IMG/VR virus record: IMGVR_UViG_3300001533_002564
Coordinates: 1-64,000 of that record
Reading direction: 5' to 3' (one strand)
Length of the DNA: 64,000 nt
Source of the DNA: a virus
A model generated the notes under the pieces. The model searched no databases. It was not told where the DNA came from and saw only the letters and a program-made list of their open reading frames with translations. The translations under genes and the position numbers were made by a program. Positions 28,923 to 37,609 of this stretch are shown here, piece after piece (within the stretch, counting starts at the first letter, position 1; every line of letters begins with the position of its first letter).

Positions 28923-29061
28923 TAATTTCTTTTCTTATTACTTTTTTATCTACATTTCTACGTATTTTAGCTGTCAATTTTTTTCCCCATTTTCTTACAT
29001 GACCTGCCCATTCTTTATTTAAGAATGAATTTTCTTTATGTCCAACTCTCAATTTACTCAT
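28912..29061 (-). CDS. Small basic protein (49 aa)
   Basis: MSKLRVGHKENSFLNKEWAGHVRKWGKK...; overlaps both neighbours in operon fashion. Confidence 0.5.
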   Translation of the reverse strand: MSKLRVGHKENSFLNKEWAGHVRKWGKKLTAKIRRNVDKKVIRKEINGL

Positions 29062-29282
29062 AAATCATTTTTTCTTAAATTTTGTATTCCAACTAAATCT
29101 TTTAGATTAATATTAAATCTCGGTATCATTCCACCTTCAACCTTTTTCATTACAATGAATGAAACATTATATTGTAAGTCTTTAGGGTCATACATAGTTG
29201 GTGTTATTATTGCTTCGTATTCAGAACCTAATTCTTCTTCAACGAATTCTTTTATTTTTTTTATCAATTTTTCTGCTTCCAT
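29058..29282 (-). CDS. Hypothetical protein
   Basis: ORF track. Confidence 0.55.
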   Translation of the reverse strand: MEAEKLIKKIKEFVEEELGSEYEAIITPTMYDPKDLQYNVSFIVMKKVEGGMIPRFNINLKDLVGIQNLRKNDL

Positions 29283-29344
29283 AATACAAAGATAATAATT
29301 TTACAATAATTAGCAAGAAATGTTATAAAATAGTATTTATTATC

Positions 29345-30028
29345 ATGAAAATAGTTGATATTATAAATGAAGAGATTAGTAGTTATTTGAATGAACAAAA
29401 TATATGGTATCATGGAACACCAGATAGTAAAGAATTAAAACAAAGTGGTGGATTTACACAGAGAACTAGTACAACTGATTATATTTCAGACCCTAAAAGA
29501 TGGCGAGAATTGCAGAATGAAATGCAAATAGCAAGAAATACTGGAAAAGAAGACCTGTACTTCGAATTATTAGACCAAGCAGGCGCATTAAGAAAACACA
29601 TGAAATATAAAAAACCAATATATTTTACTGATAAATCTAATGTTGCTAGTACATATACTGATGATAAAAGAGCATTTGATTATCAAAGTGCTGAACCAGC
29701 ATTATTAAAAGCAGAAATTAATGATAGTGGAAATGTTCTTAAAGTAAATGCACAAGGAGAAAATTTTCGTGGAATTAAAATAAATATTGTTAGAGATGCA
29801 TTAATAAAGGCAGGTATTAGTGAAAATGAAATTGAAAAATATTTCGATATGTTTCCAACTGATATAAGAAATGGTAAAATGTCAGCAGAAACTCTGGCAA
29901 TTATTGCACAATTATTAGGTTTTGATATTGTTGATGTACAGGGTGTTTTAGATAGTTATAATGTTGGTAATACTAAATCTACAATAAGAATGGTTTTCGA
30001 CCCACAGAGAATTAATATTATTAATTAA
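29345..30028 (+). CDS. Putative ADP-ribosyltransferase-fold late protein
   Basis: IINEE N-terminus; WYHGT...IYFTD...ASTY. Confidence 0.5.
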   Translation: MKIVDIINEEISSYLNEQNIWYHGTPDSKELKQSGGFTQRTSTTDYISDPKRWRELQNEMQIARNTGKEDLYFELLDQAGALRKHMKYKKPIYFTDKSNVASTYTDDKRAFDYQSAEPALLKAEINDSGNVLKVNAQGENFRGIKINIVRDALIKAGISENEIEKYFDMFPTDIRNGKMSAETLAIIAQLLGFDIVDVQGVLDSYNVGNTKSTIRMVFDPQRINIIN

Positions 30029-30031
30029 TTG

Positions 30032-30104
30032 CTGTCCTTGCAGGACTCGAACCTGCACTCTTCACAGCCAAAATGTGACGTGTTGCCAATTACACTAAAG
30101 GACA
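30032..30104 (-). tRNA. tRNA-Gln(TTG)
   Basis: TCACA-TTTTGGC-TGTGA, U1-A72, G73. Confidence 0.92.
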
Positions 30105-30163
30105 ATTTTTATGCACTCCAGAACTCATAAACATACTTTATGAGTCCCAGAACTCATATTTTG

Positions 30164-30247
30164 CTGACCCCGTGGGACTCGAACCCACAAACCTTTACGG
30201 CATCTGCTTCAAAGACAGACGTGTTTAGCCAATTCCACCAAAGGTCA
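30164..30247 (-). tRNA. tRNA with TTG (Gln) anticodon on a Leu-type class II body
   Basis: TCTGT-CTTTGAA-GCAGA, variable arm TGCCGTAAAGGT, U1-A72, G73. Confidence 0.8.
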
Positions 30248-30979
30248 ATTTCTATTTTGTTCGTATTTTTTTTGCCATTTTTTTATTGTAACATCACTAA
30301 CACCATATTTTCTACCCGTTGCAGAATAACCCAAATTATTAATATCACACATTAATTTTTCATAATCTGGTCGTTTTACTTTTCTTTGTTTTAAACTAAT
30401 TTCATTTTGACAATTTTCACAAAAAACTTTATTATTAACAGAAATACCACATTTTATACAATAATTAAGTTTTCTTTTTTTATTGTTTTTCTTTTTTTTA
30501 CCAGCATAATTTTCAGTTTGCGAATGACAATTTGGACATAATAATCTTAAATTAGTTATTCTATTATCATTATTCTTACCATTAATGTGATCTAATTGTA
30601 ATACCAATGGTTTATCTAACCAAGAATTAATTTGACAAATAGCGCATTCATTTTTTAATAATCCTAAATTCAATAATTTTTTCTTTAAATTTACTGAAGA
30701 AGTATATGTTGAATTTTTAACTAAAATATTTTCAATTGGTATTGGTTTAAATTTATTCCCTTGTGAAATATTTTCTTGTCTTCTTTTTTTCACATTATTA
30801 TTGAATTTTTCATGACTAATATTTTCAATTTTTGTTCTATATCGAAGCATTTTTATTAATGATTTCGAAACATTTAAATTTATTTTTTTGAAAAATTCAT
30901 CATATGATGATGAAGTATCTAAATTTTCTTGTATCAACTCTTTACTAAATTGCCATATAATATGTTTTCTCATACCCAC
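30245..30979 (-). CDS. HNH homing endonuclease
   Basis: LQLDHINGKNNDN...LCPNCHSQT plus HTH. Confidence 0.88.
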   Translation of the reverse strand: MGMRKHIIWQFSKELIQENLDTSSSYDEFFKKINLNVSKSLIKMLRYRTKIENISHEKFNNNVKKRRQENISQGNKFKPIPIENILVKNSTYTSSVNLKKKLLNLGLLKNECAICQINSWLDKPLVLQLDHINGKNNDNRITNLRLLCPNCHSQTENYAGKKKKNNKKRKLNYCIKCGISVNNKVFCENCQNEISLKQRKVKRPDYEKLMCDINNLGYSATGRKYGVSDVTIKKWQKKYEQNRN

Positions 30980-31015
30980 AAATTTAATATAAATACTGTG
31001 GGTTTGAGAAAAATG

Positions 31016-31088
31016 TCGAGAATGTCAGATTCGAACTGCAACTTATCATCCCAAATGATATATGATACCTGATTTCACCACATTCTCG
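31016..31088 (-). tRNA. tRNA-Pro(TGG)
   Basis: TATCA-TTTGGGA-TGATA. Confidence 0.8.
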
Positions 31089-31118
31089 TAATAATATTTC
31101 AAAGAACTTAAGTTTTTA

Positions 31119-31192
31119 GGGTGTAAGGACGGTACTGACCCGTCTTCTCCAAATTCACAGTTTGGCGCCATCACCTTAATGCTTCAAACACC
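31119..31192 (-). tRNA. tRNA-His(GTG)
   Basis: CCAAA-CTGTGAA-TTTGG, G-1/C73; two acceptor mismatches. Confidence 0.75.
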
Positions 31193-31208
31193 ATATAATA
31201 TTTTATTG

Positions 31209-31283
31209 TCTGAGTGGCAAGATTCGAACTTGCGAACACGTGCTTCCAAGGCACGCCCATATAGCCGTCTGTGGAACACCCAG
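31209..31283 (-). tRNA. tRNA-Pro(TGG)
   Basis: CGTGC-CTTGGAA-GCACG. Confidence 0.88.
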
Positions 31284-31317
31284 ATAAAATTTATAACTGT
31301 ACTATATCCCGATTGTC

Positions 31318-31446
31318 TTACTTCTTGCCTTTTAAAGCAGCCAGTCTACCCTGCATTCTACGTGCCTTTTCTGGATTGTCTTTAAATTGCAGAAGCTGTC
31401 TTTCCAATCTCTTTCTTCTGTTTTCAACACTTTTTTCCTTTGCCAT
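31318..31446 (-). CDS. Small basic protein (42 aa) at the head of the Pro/His/Gln operon
   Basis: MAKEKSVENRRKRLERQLLQFKDNPEKARRMQGRLAALKGKK. Confidence 0.55.
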   Translation of the reverse strand: MAKEKSVENRRKRLERQLLQFKDNPEKARRMQGRLAALKGKK

Positions 31447-31477
31447 GTCTTATACGATTTTATTTAAAAAAGGTTAT

Positions 31478-31508
31478 AAAAAAACCCCACTCTTTTCAGA
31501 ATGGGGTT
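31478..31508 (-). terminator. Attenuator terminator 4
   Basis: AACCCCATTC-TGAAAA-GAGTGGGGTT plus U-tract. Confidence 0.85.
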
Positions 31509-31539
31509 CGTGTTTAACCCAAAACTTCTTCTCGAAAAA

Positions 31540-31614
31540 TTAAGTGTAGCTTCCCCATTCACCATCCTGTGGATGTTGTTGCGGTTGGGGTTGTATGTTC
31601 ACTAAATTTTTCAT
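31540..31614 (-). CDS. Leader peptide 4, MKNLVNIQPQPQQHPQDGEWGSYT (24 aa)
   Basis: QPQPQQHPQ run; GAATGGGG (31553-31560) complementary to the terminator 5' arm. Confidence 0.82.
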   Translation of the reverse strand: MKNLVNIQPQPQQHPQDGEWGSYT

Positions 31615-31930
31615 CTTAAAAATATATTCAGTGCAAATATAGCACTTAAAATCATAAATACAAAGAAATCTGATAAAAAATCGATTTTTTATTAAAAAAA
31701 GATTGCACCACGAAATAAATGTGGTGCAATCAGAAAATTAGTCAAGTCTCAAATTTTACATAACCACTATCTGGCAATAAAATTAAAAAACCATTCCTGA
31801 TTTACTCAGACCTAACTTAATTTATAATTAAGCAATGACTTTCAAGAATAAATACTCATAAATCTATTTTTCAATATAAAAAAATAAAAAATTTTATAAT
31901 ATTTCTAACTATTTATTAATAAAATATGTC

Positions 31931-32512
31931 ATGATTAAAAGTAATGTAATTGAAATCATTAATGAAGAAATATCAGATTTTGATTTTCTTGGAAATGATG
32001 AGTTTCTTAAAGAACAAGAAGTTGTTGATTTATTAAAAAATGAAGAACTACAAAAACAGTTTATTTGTGATTCACTTTTAAATAAAGATGATAAAGTGAA
32101 AATAGTTAAAATTGCTGATTCAAGTATTACTGGAGATTGGAATGAGCTTAATACTGAAGAAACTAACCGATTAAGATTGGAATATTCAATTGATATGGCA
32201 TATGTTTATGATTCATCAAAAGAACCATTATTATTTAATTTATATTTTAATTCAGATGATATTGATATTAGTGTTGATGGATTGCAAGATGATGGTGATG
32301 CTTGGTATAATGGTTTTGATTGGAGTGATGTTAATGTTTCTTTATTTACTATGGACGGTGATGAAATTAAATTTACTGCTTTTGAAAATGCACCAGAAAA
32401 AATTCAAAGATTATTTATTCGACAATATATTCAAGATTTCATAGAAAATGAATCATTAAATATAAAAACACCAGAAATAAAAGATACGATAAAAGATACA
32501 TCATATTGTTAA
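31931..32512 (+). CDS. Hypothetical late protein (IINEE)
   Basis: ORF track. Confidence 0.7.
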   Translation: MIKSNVIEIINEEISDFDFLGNDEFLKEQEVVDLLKNEELQKQFICDSLLNKDDKVKIVKIADSSITGDWNELNTEETNRLRLEYSIDMAYVYDSSKEPLLFNLYFNSDDIDISVDGLQDDGDAWYNGFDWSDVNVSLFTMDGDEIKFTAFENAPEKIQRLFIRQYIQDFIENESLNIKTPEIKDTIKDTSYC

Positions 32513-32513
32513 A

Positions 32514-32975
32514 ATGAATGCTGAAAAAAAAATAATATTAGAAAAAATTGATTCACTTATAAGTAAAAGTAAAATTAAATTACTTAAAGAATTGCCATCA
32601 ATTCACGAAATTACTGATGGATTTATTGTTCGTTTTTTTACTGAATGGGATAATTGTGAAGATAATGTTGATATTAAATATAAAAAAATCATTAATAAAA
32701 ATAATCCTAATGAATCTAATGTGTTTTTCTTTATTCCACAAAATTCTTATTTTCAATTAAAACAACGTTTTTATGTTGGTTCTTTAATGTGTTTAAATGG
32801 GAAATTAGAAATTGATTTTGATGGTATGACATATATTCTTAATAATTATTCTAAGTTAGAAATTAATTCTGATGAACTTGAAGGAAAAGCATTAGAGAAC
32901 ACATATGTTGTTACGACAAGTAATAGATTAGATTGGTCTAATCATATCCATAAATATGCTAAAACCAATTATTAA
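32514..32975 (+). CDS. Hypothetical protein
   Basis: ORF track. Confidence 0.65.
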   Translation: MNAEKKIILEKIDSLISKSKIKLLKELPSIHEITDGFIVRFFTEWDNCEDNVDIKYKKIINKNNPNESNVFFFIPQNSYFQLKQRFYVGSLMCLNGKLEIDFDGMTYILNNYSKLEINSDELEGKALENTYVVTTSNRLDWSNHIHKYAKTNY

Positions 32976-33179
32976 TTACCATTTTTTTATTCTACAATGT
33001 GATTTAAGACTTCTTACTTTAGCTGGCATATAACAACCACATAGAACACAAAAATTCCTATTATTTAATTTATTACATTTAACACAGATTTCAATACGTT
33101 TTTTTGCTTCTTCTTCTATTTGAGAATTTTGAAATGTTAAATTTTTCCATCCATTATAAATTTCAGATAATTTACTCAT
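32976..33179 (-). CDS. Small Cys-rich zinc-binding protein
   Basis: RIEICVKC...CVLCGCYMPAK...CRIKKW. Confidence 0.65.
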   Translation of the reverse strand: MSKLSEIYNGWKNLTFQNSQIEEEAKKRIEICVKCNKLNNRNFCVLCGCYMPAKVRSLKSHCRIKKW

Positions 33180-33828
33180 TATCTTTATAATAATTTAAAA
33201 TTTCTTCATTTATTATTTTTAATATAGTTTCATCCATTCCTGAAATCCTATTTAATGATGCTTCACCACCTTCAATAAATAATTCAGATAAATCAGACCT
33301 TTGGTGTGATATATCTAATGCTTTATTTATTAAAACTAATATTTCATTAGGGTCGTTAGTATTAATTAAATCTTCAACAATTTTTCTCAGTGATTCTAAA
33401 CCATAATCACTAATTAAATCATGTCCGTTTGAAAATCTAGGTAAAATATTATCTAATATTTCATCATATCCCATTTTTTCAATATATTTCATTGCTTCAC
33501 CCCAATCATTTACTCTTTTTCCTGTTTCATCAGTATTAAGTACCATATCATTAAAAGCATCAACATCAAAATAACTAGTATGACCAAAAAACATTGTAAT
33601 AACATCTAAATATAAAAAATTTTGAATAATTATATTTTTCCAATCATAAATATATTTTGTAGGATAATGTGTTATTTTACCAAATTTCATGAAATCATTA
33701 AGTGCTTTTTGATACATATTTGGATTTATCTTTCGTAAAATATGTTTTTTTGAAGACTTATTGACCATATCCATCAATATTTCTCTGAATAAATTTTCAT
33801 ATTCTTCGTAATAATTATCAATCTCCAT
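33172..33828 (-). CDS. Hypothetical protein
   Basis: ORF track. Confidence 0.65.
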   Translation of the reverse strand: MEIDNYYEEYENLFREILMDMVNKSSKKHILRKINPNMYQKALNDFMKFGKITHYPTKYIYDWKNIIIQNFLYLDVITMFFGHTSYFDVDAFNDMVLNTDETGKRVNDWGEAMKYIEKMGYDEILDNILPRFSNGHDLISDYGLESLRKIVEDLINTNDPNEILVLINKALDISHQRSDLSELFIEGGEASLNRISGMDETILKIINEEILNYYKDNE

Positions 33829-33830
33829 AA

Positions 33831-35867
33831 CTATCTATATATTATTCTACCACCTTTATTTATCTTTAAATTATCAGTTAAGTCATTATTTGATTCAATC
33901 ATTGCATTATGTAATATTTCTGATGATGTTAAAGCATTATTATATATTCTTAATTTTTGAATTCCACCAATAAAACTATAATCAAAATTTTCTTCAATAG
34001 TTAAATTATTTTTTCTTTCATCTTTCACTAATATATCAGCAGCAGTATATTTAAAATCATTTACGAAGATAGTACCACCACTAATAAGTTCTTTAGTTGA
34101 TTCAATTAATAATCCAAGATAAACTGAATTTTGACCAGTATTATCCGAAGTTCTGAAAGTACTTTGTAAATCAAGCCAAGTTTCTTGACCAGTAACAGCA
34201 TAACCAATTTCACCAGTATCTAGACGACTATAACCAACTAAATTAATATTTTCTTTGGTTACTGGAAATCCAGTTTCACCATAATATACAATTTTATCAA
34301 CAGACCATTGATATTCTAATCTATCTGGAAATGGATGTAAATCCAGCGCATTATCTTGTAATAAAATAGTATTACTTAAAGGATATATATATTCAATATC
34401 ATTAACAATATTAACATCAACATCATCACTATACATTAAAATACTAATTTTATTTTTTGCATCACTATTAAAAATATTTTTAACAAACACAGATAAATCA
34501 ACAACATAATCTCTATTGGATAATACTGATATTGGTTGATTGAATTTAATAAAATAAGTATTACCTGTTCCACCAGTATATTCGATTTCCATTACAGTAA
34601 GAGGAAGTTCGATATCGGGTTCACAGGTATTTACATAAGTAAATGTTGTGCTGTTAGCACTTAATGATAATCCCGCTAAATATGTATCACCAGTTGGTGG
34701 TGTATAACAATCAGTAGGTATTGGGTCGGGTTCAACAATAAATTTATTATTAACATATGTACTATCTTGATTATTATAAATCATATATGTTTGATAATCA
34801 TAATGCCATGATTCTCCTAATCCAAAACTACCACCACCCCAGCTAATTGAATACGGAACACCTATCTGTTTTTCTTTTTCATTAATAAAACCTTTAAAAT
34901 AAAATTCAGAAAATTCTTTAATTATCCAAAATCTACGACCATTAACATAAAAGATTAGCTTACCTAATCTACGTTCAGCACATTCTAGTTCATCTGAACT
35001 AATAATATTATCTGGAACGAAAACTATATCAATTATTGTTCGACCACTTTTTGAATCAATTGTTGATGGTGATGTATTTGATATTATAATACCATCATCA
35101 TTAATATATTTATATCCTAATCTTTTATCTGGTGTTAATTCAAATGCAATAATATTATTTTTTATGTTATCAATAGGTTGGACTTCACGATATTTTGTAC
35201 GATACATATTTTCAGGTTCTCTAAAATTATCTTTTAATACTTTATATGATTCTAAAGCATCAAGAAAATTATTTAAACTAGTTGTTACACCACTAACTGT
35301 ACTTCCCGTAATAGTTTCGCCACTAAAATATGGATTATATTTATTTTCAGAACGAGCACCCATCATATAAAAAATACCTTGCGATTCTGTATTCAAAAAT
35401 AATATTGTTTCAATAGTAATTCCATTATCATATCGAGCAGGTAGTAATTCATAATTATAATCTTCTAATTTAAAAAAACCTTGTAAATAACCACCATCTA
35501 ACTCAAAATAATTTCCAGAAGTTCCAGATGTTATTCCTGTTATTGGTAGAAATTCCGTTGTTACAGTAACACCACTAGTTTCTTCTGTAGTTGGATTATT
35601 AACGATATTATAACCAACTCTATGCATTGAAAATAAATTATTGTTTGGTGTTAATGTAATACCATCCCACATTATATTTGTTCTACCGTTATCAAAACCA
35701 GTTAAACCAAAATCAATTAAGTTTAGATTATCTGAAATAGCATTAGACCATTTAGTTAAACTAAATGATGTTAAACCAGTATTTAAATCCCATGAATTAG
35801 GATTTGTGAGGTCAATATGTATTGCCAAATTACTGGTAATTATGTTGTTTTTACATTCTAAATTCAT
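33831..35867 (-). CDS. Virion structural protein with LamG/ConA-like motifs
   Basis: T/G-rich; C-terminal FIGGIQKLRIYNNALTSSEI. Confidence 0.6.
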   Translation of the reverse strand: MNLECKNNIITSNLAIHIDLTNPNSWDLNTGLTSFSLTKWSNAISDNLNLIDFGLTGFDNGRTNIMWDGITLTPNNNLFSMHRVGYNIVNNPTTEETSGVTVTTEFLPITGITSGTSGNYFELDGGYLQGFFKLEDYNYELLPARYDNGITIETILFLNTESQGIFYMMGARSENKYNPYFSGETITGSTVSGVTTSLNNFLDALESYKVLKDNFREPENMYRTKYREVQPIDNIKNNIIAFELTPDKRLGYKYINDDGIIISNTSPSTIDSKSGRTIIDIVFVPDNIISSDELECAERRLGKLIFYVNGRRFWIIKEFSEFYFKGFINEKEKQIGVPYSISWGGGSFGLGESWHYDYQTYMIYNNQDSTYVNNKFIVEPDPIPTDCYTPPTGDTYLAGLSLSANSTTFTYVNTCEPDIELPLTVMEIEYTGGTGNTYFIKFNQPISVLSNRDYVVDLSVFVKNIFNSDAKNKISILMYSDDVDVNIVNDIEYIYPLSNTILLQDNALDLHPFPDRLEYQWSVDKIVYYGETGFPVTKENINLVGYSRLDTGEIGYAVTGQETWLDLQSTFRTSDNTGQNSVYLGLLIESTKELISGGTIFVNDFKYTAADILVKDERKNNLTIEENFDYSFIGGIQKLRIYNNALTSSEILHNAMIESNNDLTDNLKINKGGRIIYR

Positions 35868-35970
35868 TTTATATAGGAATTTATAATAAATACTGAACCC
35901 AATTGAATATAATTGAGTATTTATAAAAAATGATTAATTAAATTAAGTATTTATATTAAAAATCAAGAAT

Positions 35971-36453
35971 ATGAAAAAAAATAGTAAGGAAAGATTGTTC
36001 GAAGTTATGGGTAGACTCGATAAAACATTTAAACCAACATTAAACGAAAATTTTGAAGAATTAGAAACTACTGATGATATCGAAATACCTGCTGAAACTG
36101 GTGAAGAAACTTCTGATGTTCCAGAAATAGAAGAAAAATCTCCAGAAGAAAAACTTCAAGAAATAACTGCAAAGGTTGATGAAATTTATGCATTAGTTCA
36201 TGGTGATACAGAAGAAATTTCTTCAGAAGAAATTTCTTCTGAGGAAATTGATGAACCAGAAATAAATGATAATGAAGTTGAAATTCAAGAAAATAATTTA
36301 AATGAACATCATTTAGATGACAGAAAATCTCAAGAAAATTTTATCTGTAAAAATGACAAAACTTGTAAGAAAGAAGATTTAAAAGACCTTTCAGATGATG
36401 AAGTTAAGAAAAAATACAATGCTCTTGAAAAGAAAATGGGAATTGTAGATTAA
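35971..36453 (+). CDS. Acidic late protein
   Basis: AGTATTTATA upstream. Confidence 0.7.
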   Translation: MKKNSKERLFEVMGRLDKTFKPTLNENFEELETTDDIEIPAETGEETSDVPEIEEKSPEEKLQEITAKVDEIYALVHGDTEEISSEEISSEEIDEPEINDNEVEIQENNLNEHHLDDRKSQENFICKNDKTCKKEDLKDLSDDEVKKKYNALEKKMGIVD

Positions 36454-36466
36454 TTATTTTATTATT

Positions 36467-37279
36467 ATGAGTGAAAATAAAAAAAATCCACGTTTTTGGG
36501 CTGCGAAGTATTGGAGAGGACATAATATTTCAGAAACACTGAAAGAAGTTGTTGAACCCGATAATGTTGATGTATCAACCATTCAAATGCATGATACATT
36601 AAATCCACTTATATGGGAATCTGATGAGAAAATTAAAAATGATGTTAGAAAAACATTATTAATGAATGCCAAGAGATTCATTGAATTTAGTAATGTTGAA
36701 AATCTTAAATTTGATGATATTATTTTAACAGGTAGTATGGCTAATTATAATTATAATGAAAATTCTGATTTGGATGTTCATATTGTAATGGATTTTACTC
36801 AAATTTCAGAAAATAAAGAATTTGTTGGCGATTTTTTAAAATTAAAAAAACAATTATGGTCTAATCAATTACCAATTAAAGTTAAAGGTCATGATGTTGA
36901 AATGTATTTTCAAGATAGTGCTGAGCCACATCATTCATCGGGTACTTATTCTTTAATAAAAAATGATTGGATTAGAAAACCTACAAAAAAAATTGTTAAT
37001 ATCGATAGTGCAAATGTTCAATTGAAAGCTGCTGATATAATGAATAATATTGATGATTTAGAAGATAATATGGATGAAGAAAACTTCATAAAAAAATATG
37101 AATCATTAAAAAATAAAATAAAAAGATATAGACAATCTGGACTTAATAAAAGTGGTGAATTTTCAACAGAAAATCTTGTATTTAAAATTTTAAGAAATAG
37201 TGAATACCTTGAAAAATTAATTAATATGAAAAAAGATTATCTTACTAAAACATTAAGTCTTGATGAAATAATTAAATAA
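36467..37279 (+). CDS. Pol-beta superfamily nucleotidyltransferase
   Basis: LTGSMANYNYNENSDLDVHIV. Confidence 0.78.
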   Translation: MSENKKNPRFWAAKYWRGHNISETLKEVVEPDNVDVSTIQMHDTLNPLIWESDEKIKNDVRKTLLMNAKRFIEFSNVENLKFDDIILTGSMANYNYNENSDLDVHIVMDFTQISENKEFVGDFLKLKKQLWSNQLPIKVKGHDVEMYFQDSAEPHHSSGTYSLIKNDWIRKPTKKIVNIDSANVQLKAADIMNNIDDLEDNMDEENFIKKYESLKNKIKRYRQSGLNKSGEFSTENLVFKILRNSEYLEKLINMKKDYLTKTLSLDEIIK

Positions 37280-37282
37280 TCT

Positions 37283-37531
37283 ATGAAACGATTTATTATT
37301 ACAAATGCACAACTAAATGAATATGTTGAAAGTAAAAGAGCAGAAAAAATTTTCTATGATATTGTAAAAAGTTTACATAATAATACAAAATTTTTAAATG
37401 AAAATGTTTCAAATAAAAAAGCAAATCAATCAATAATAAATAATTATAAACGTAAGAATCTCATAACTCCAAGAGTTTTTGAGATGCTTATTAAGAATAA
37501 AATTATTAATGAAAATAATGAAATAATATAA
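37283..37531 (+). CDS. Hypothetical protein
   Basis: ORF track. Confidence 0.6.
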   Translation: MKRFIITNAQLNEYVESKRAEKIFYDIVKSLHNNTKFLNENVSNKKANQSIINNYKRKNLITPRVFEMLIKNKIINENNEII

Positions 37532-37609
37532 GATACTTATATTTTTATACTTAATTAAGTATTTATAAAAAAATATAAGACAAATAATTCATATAAAAAA
37601 TTTATTCAA

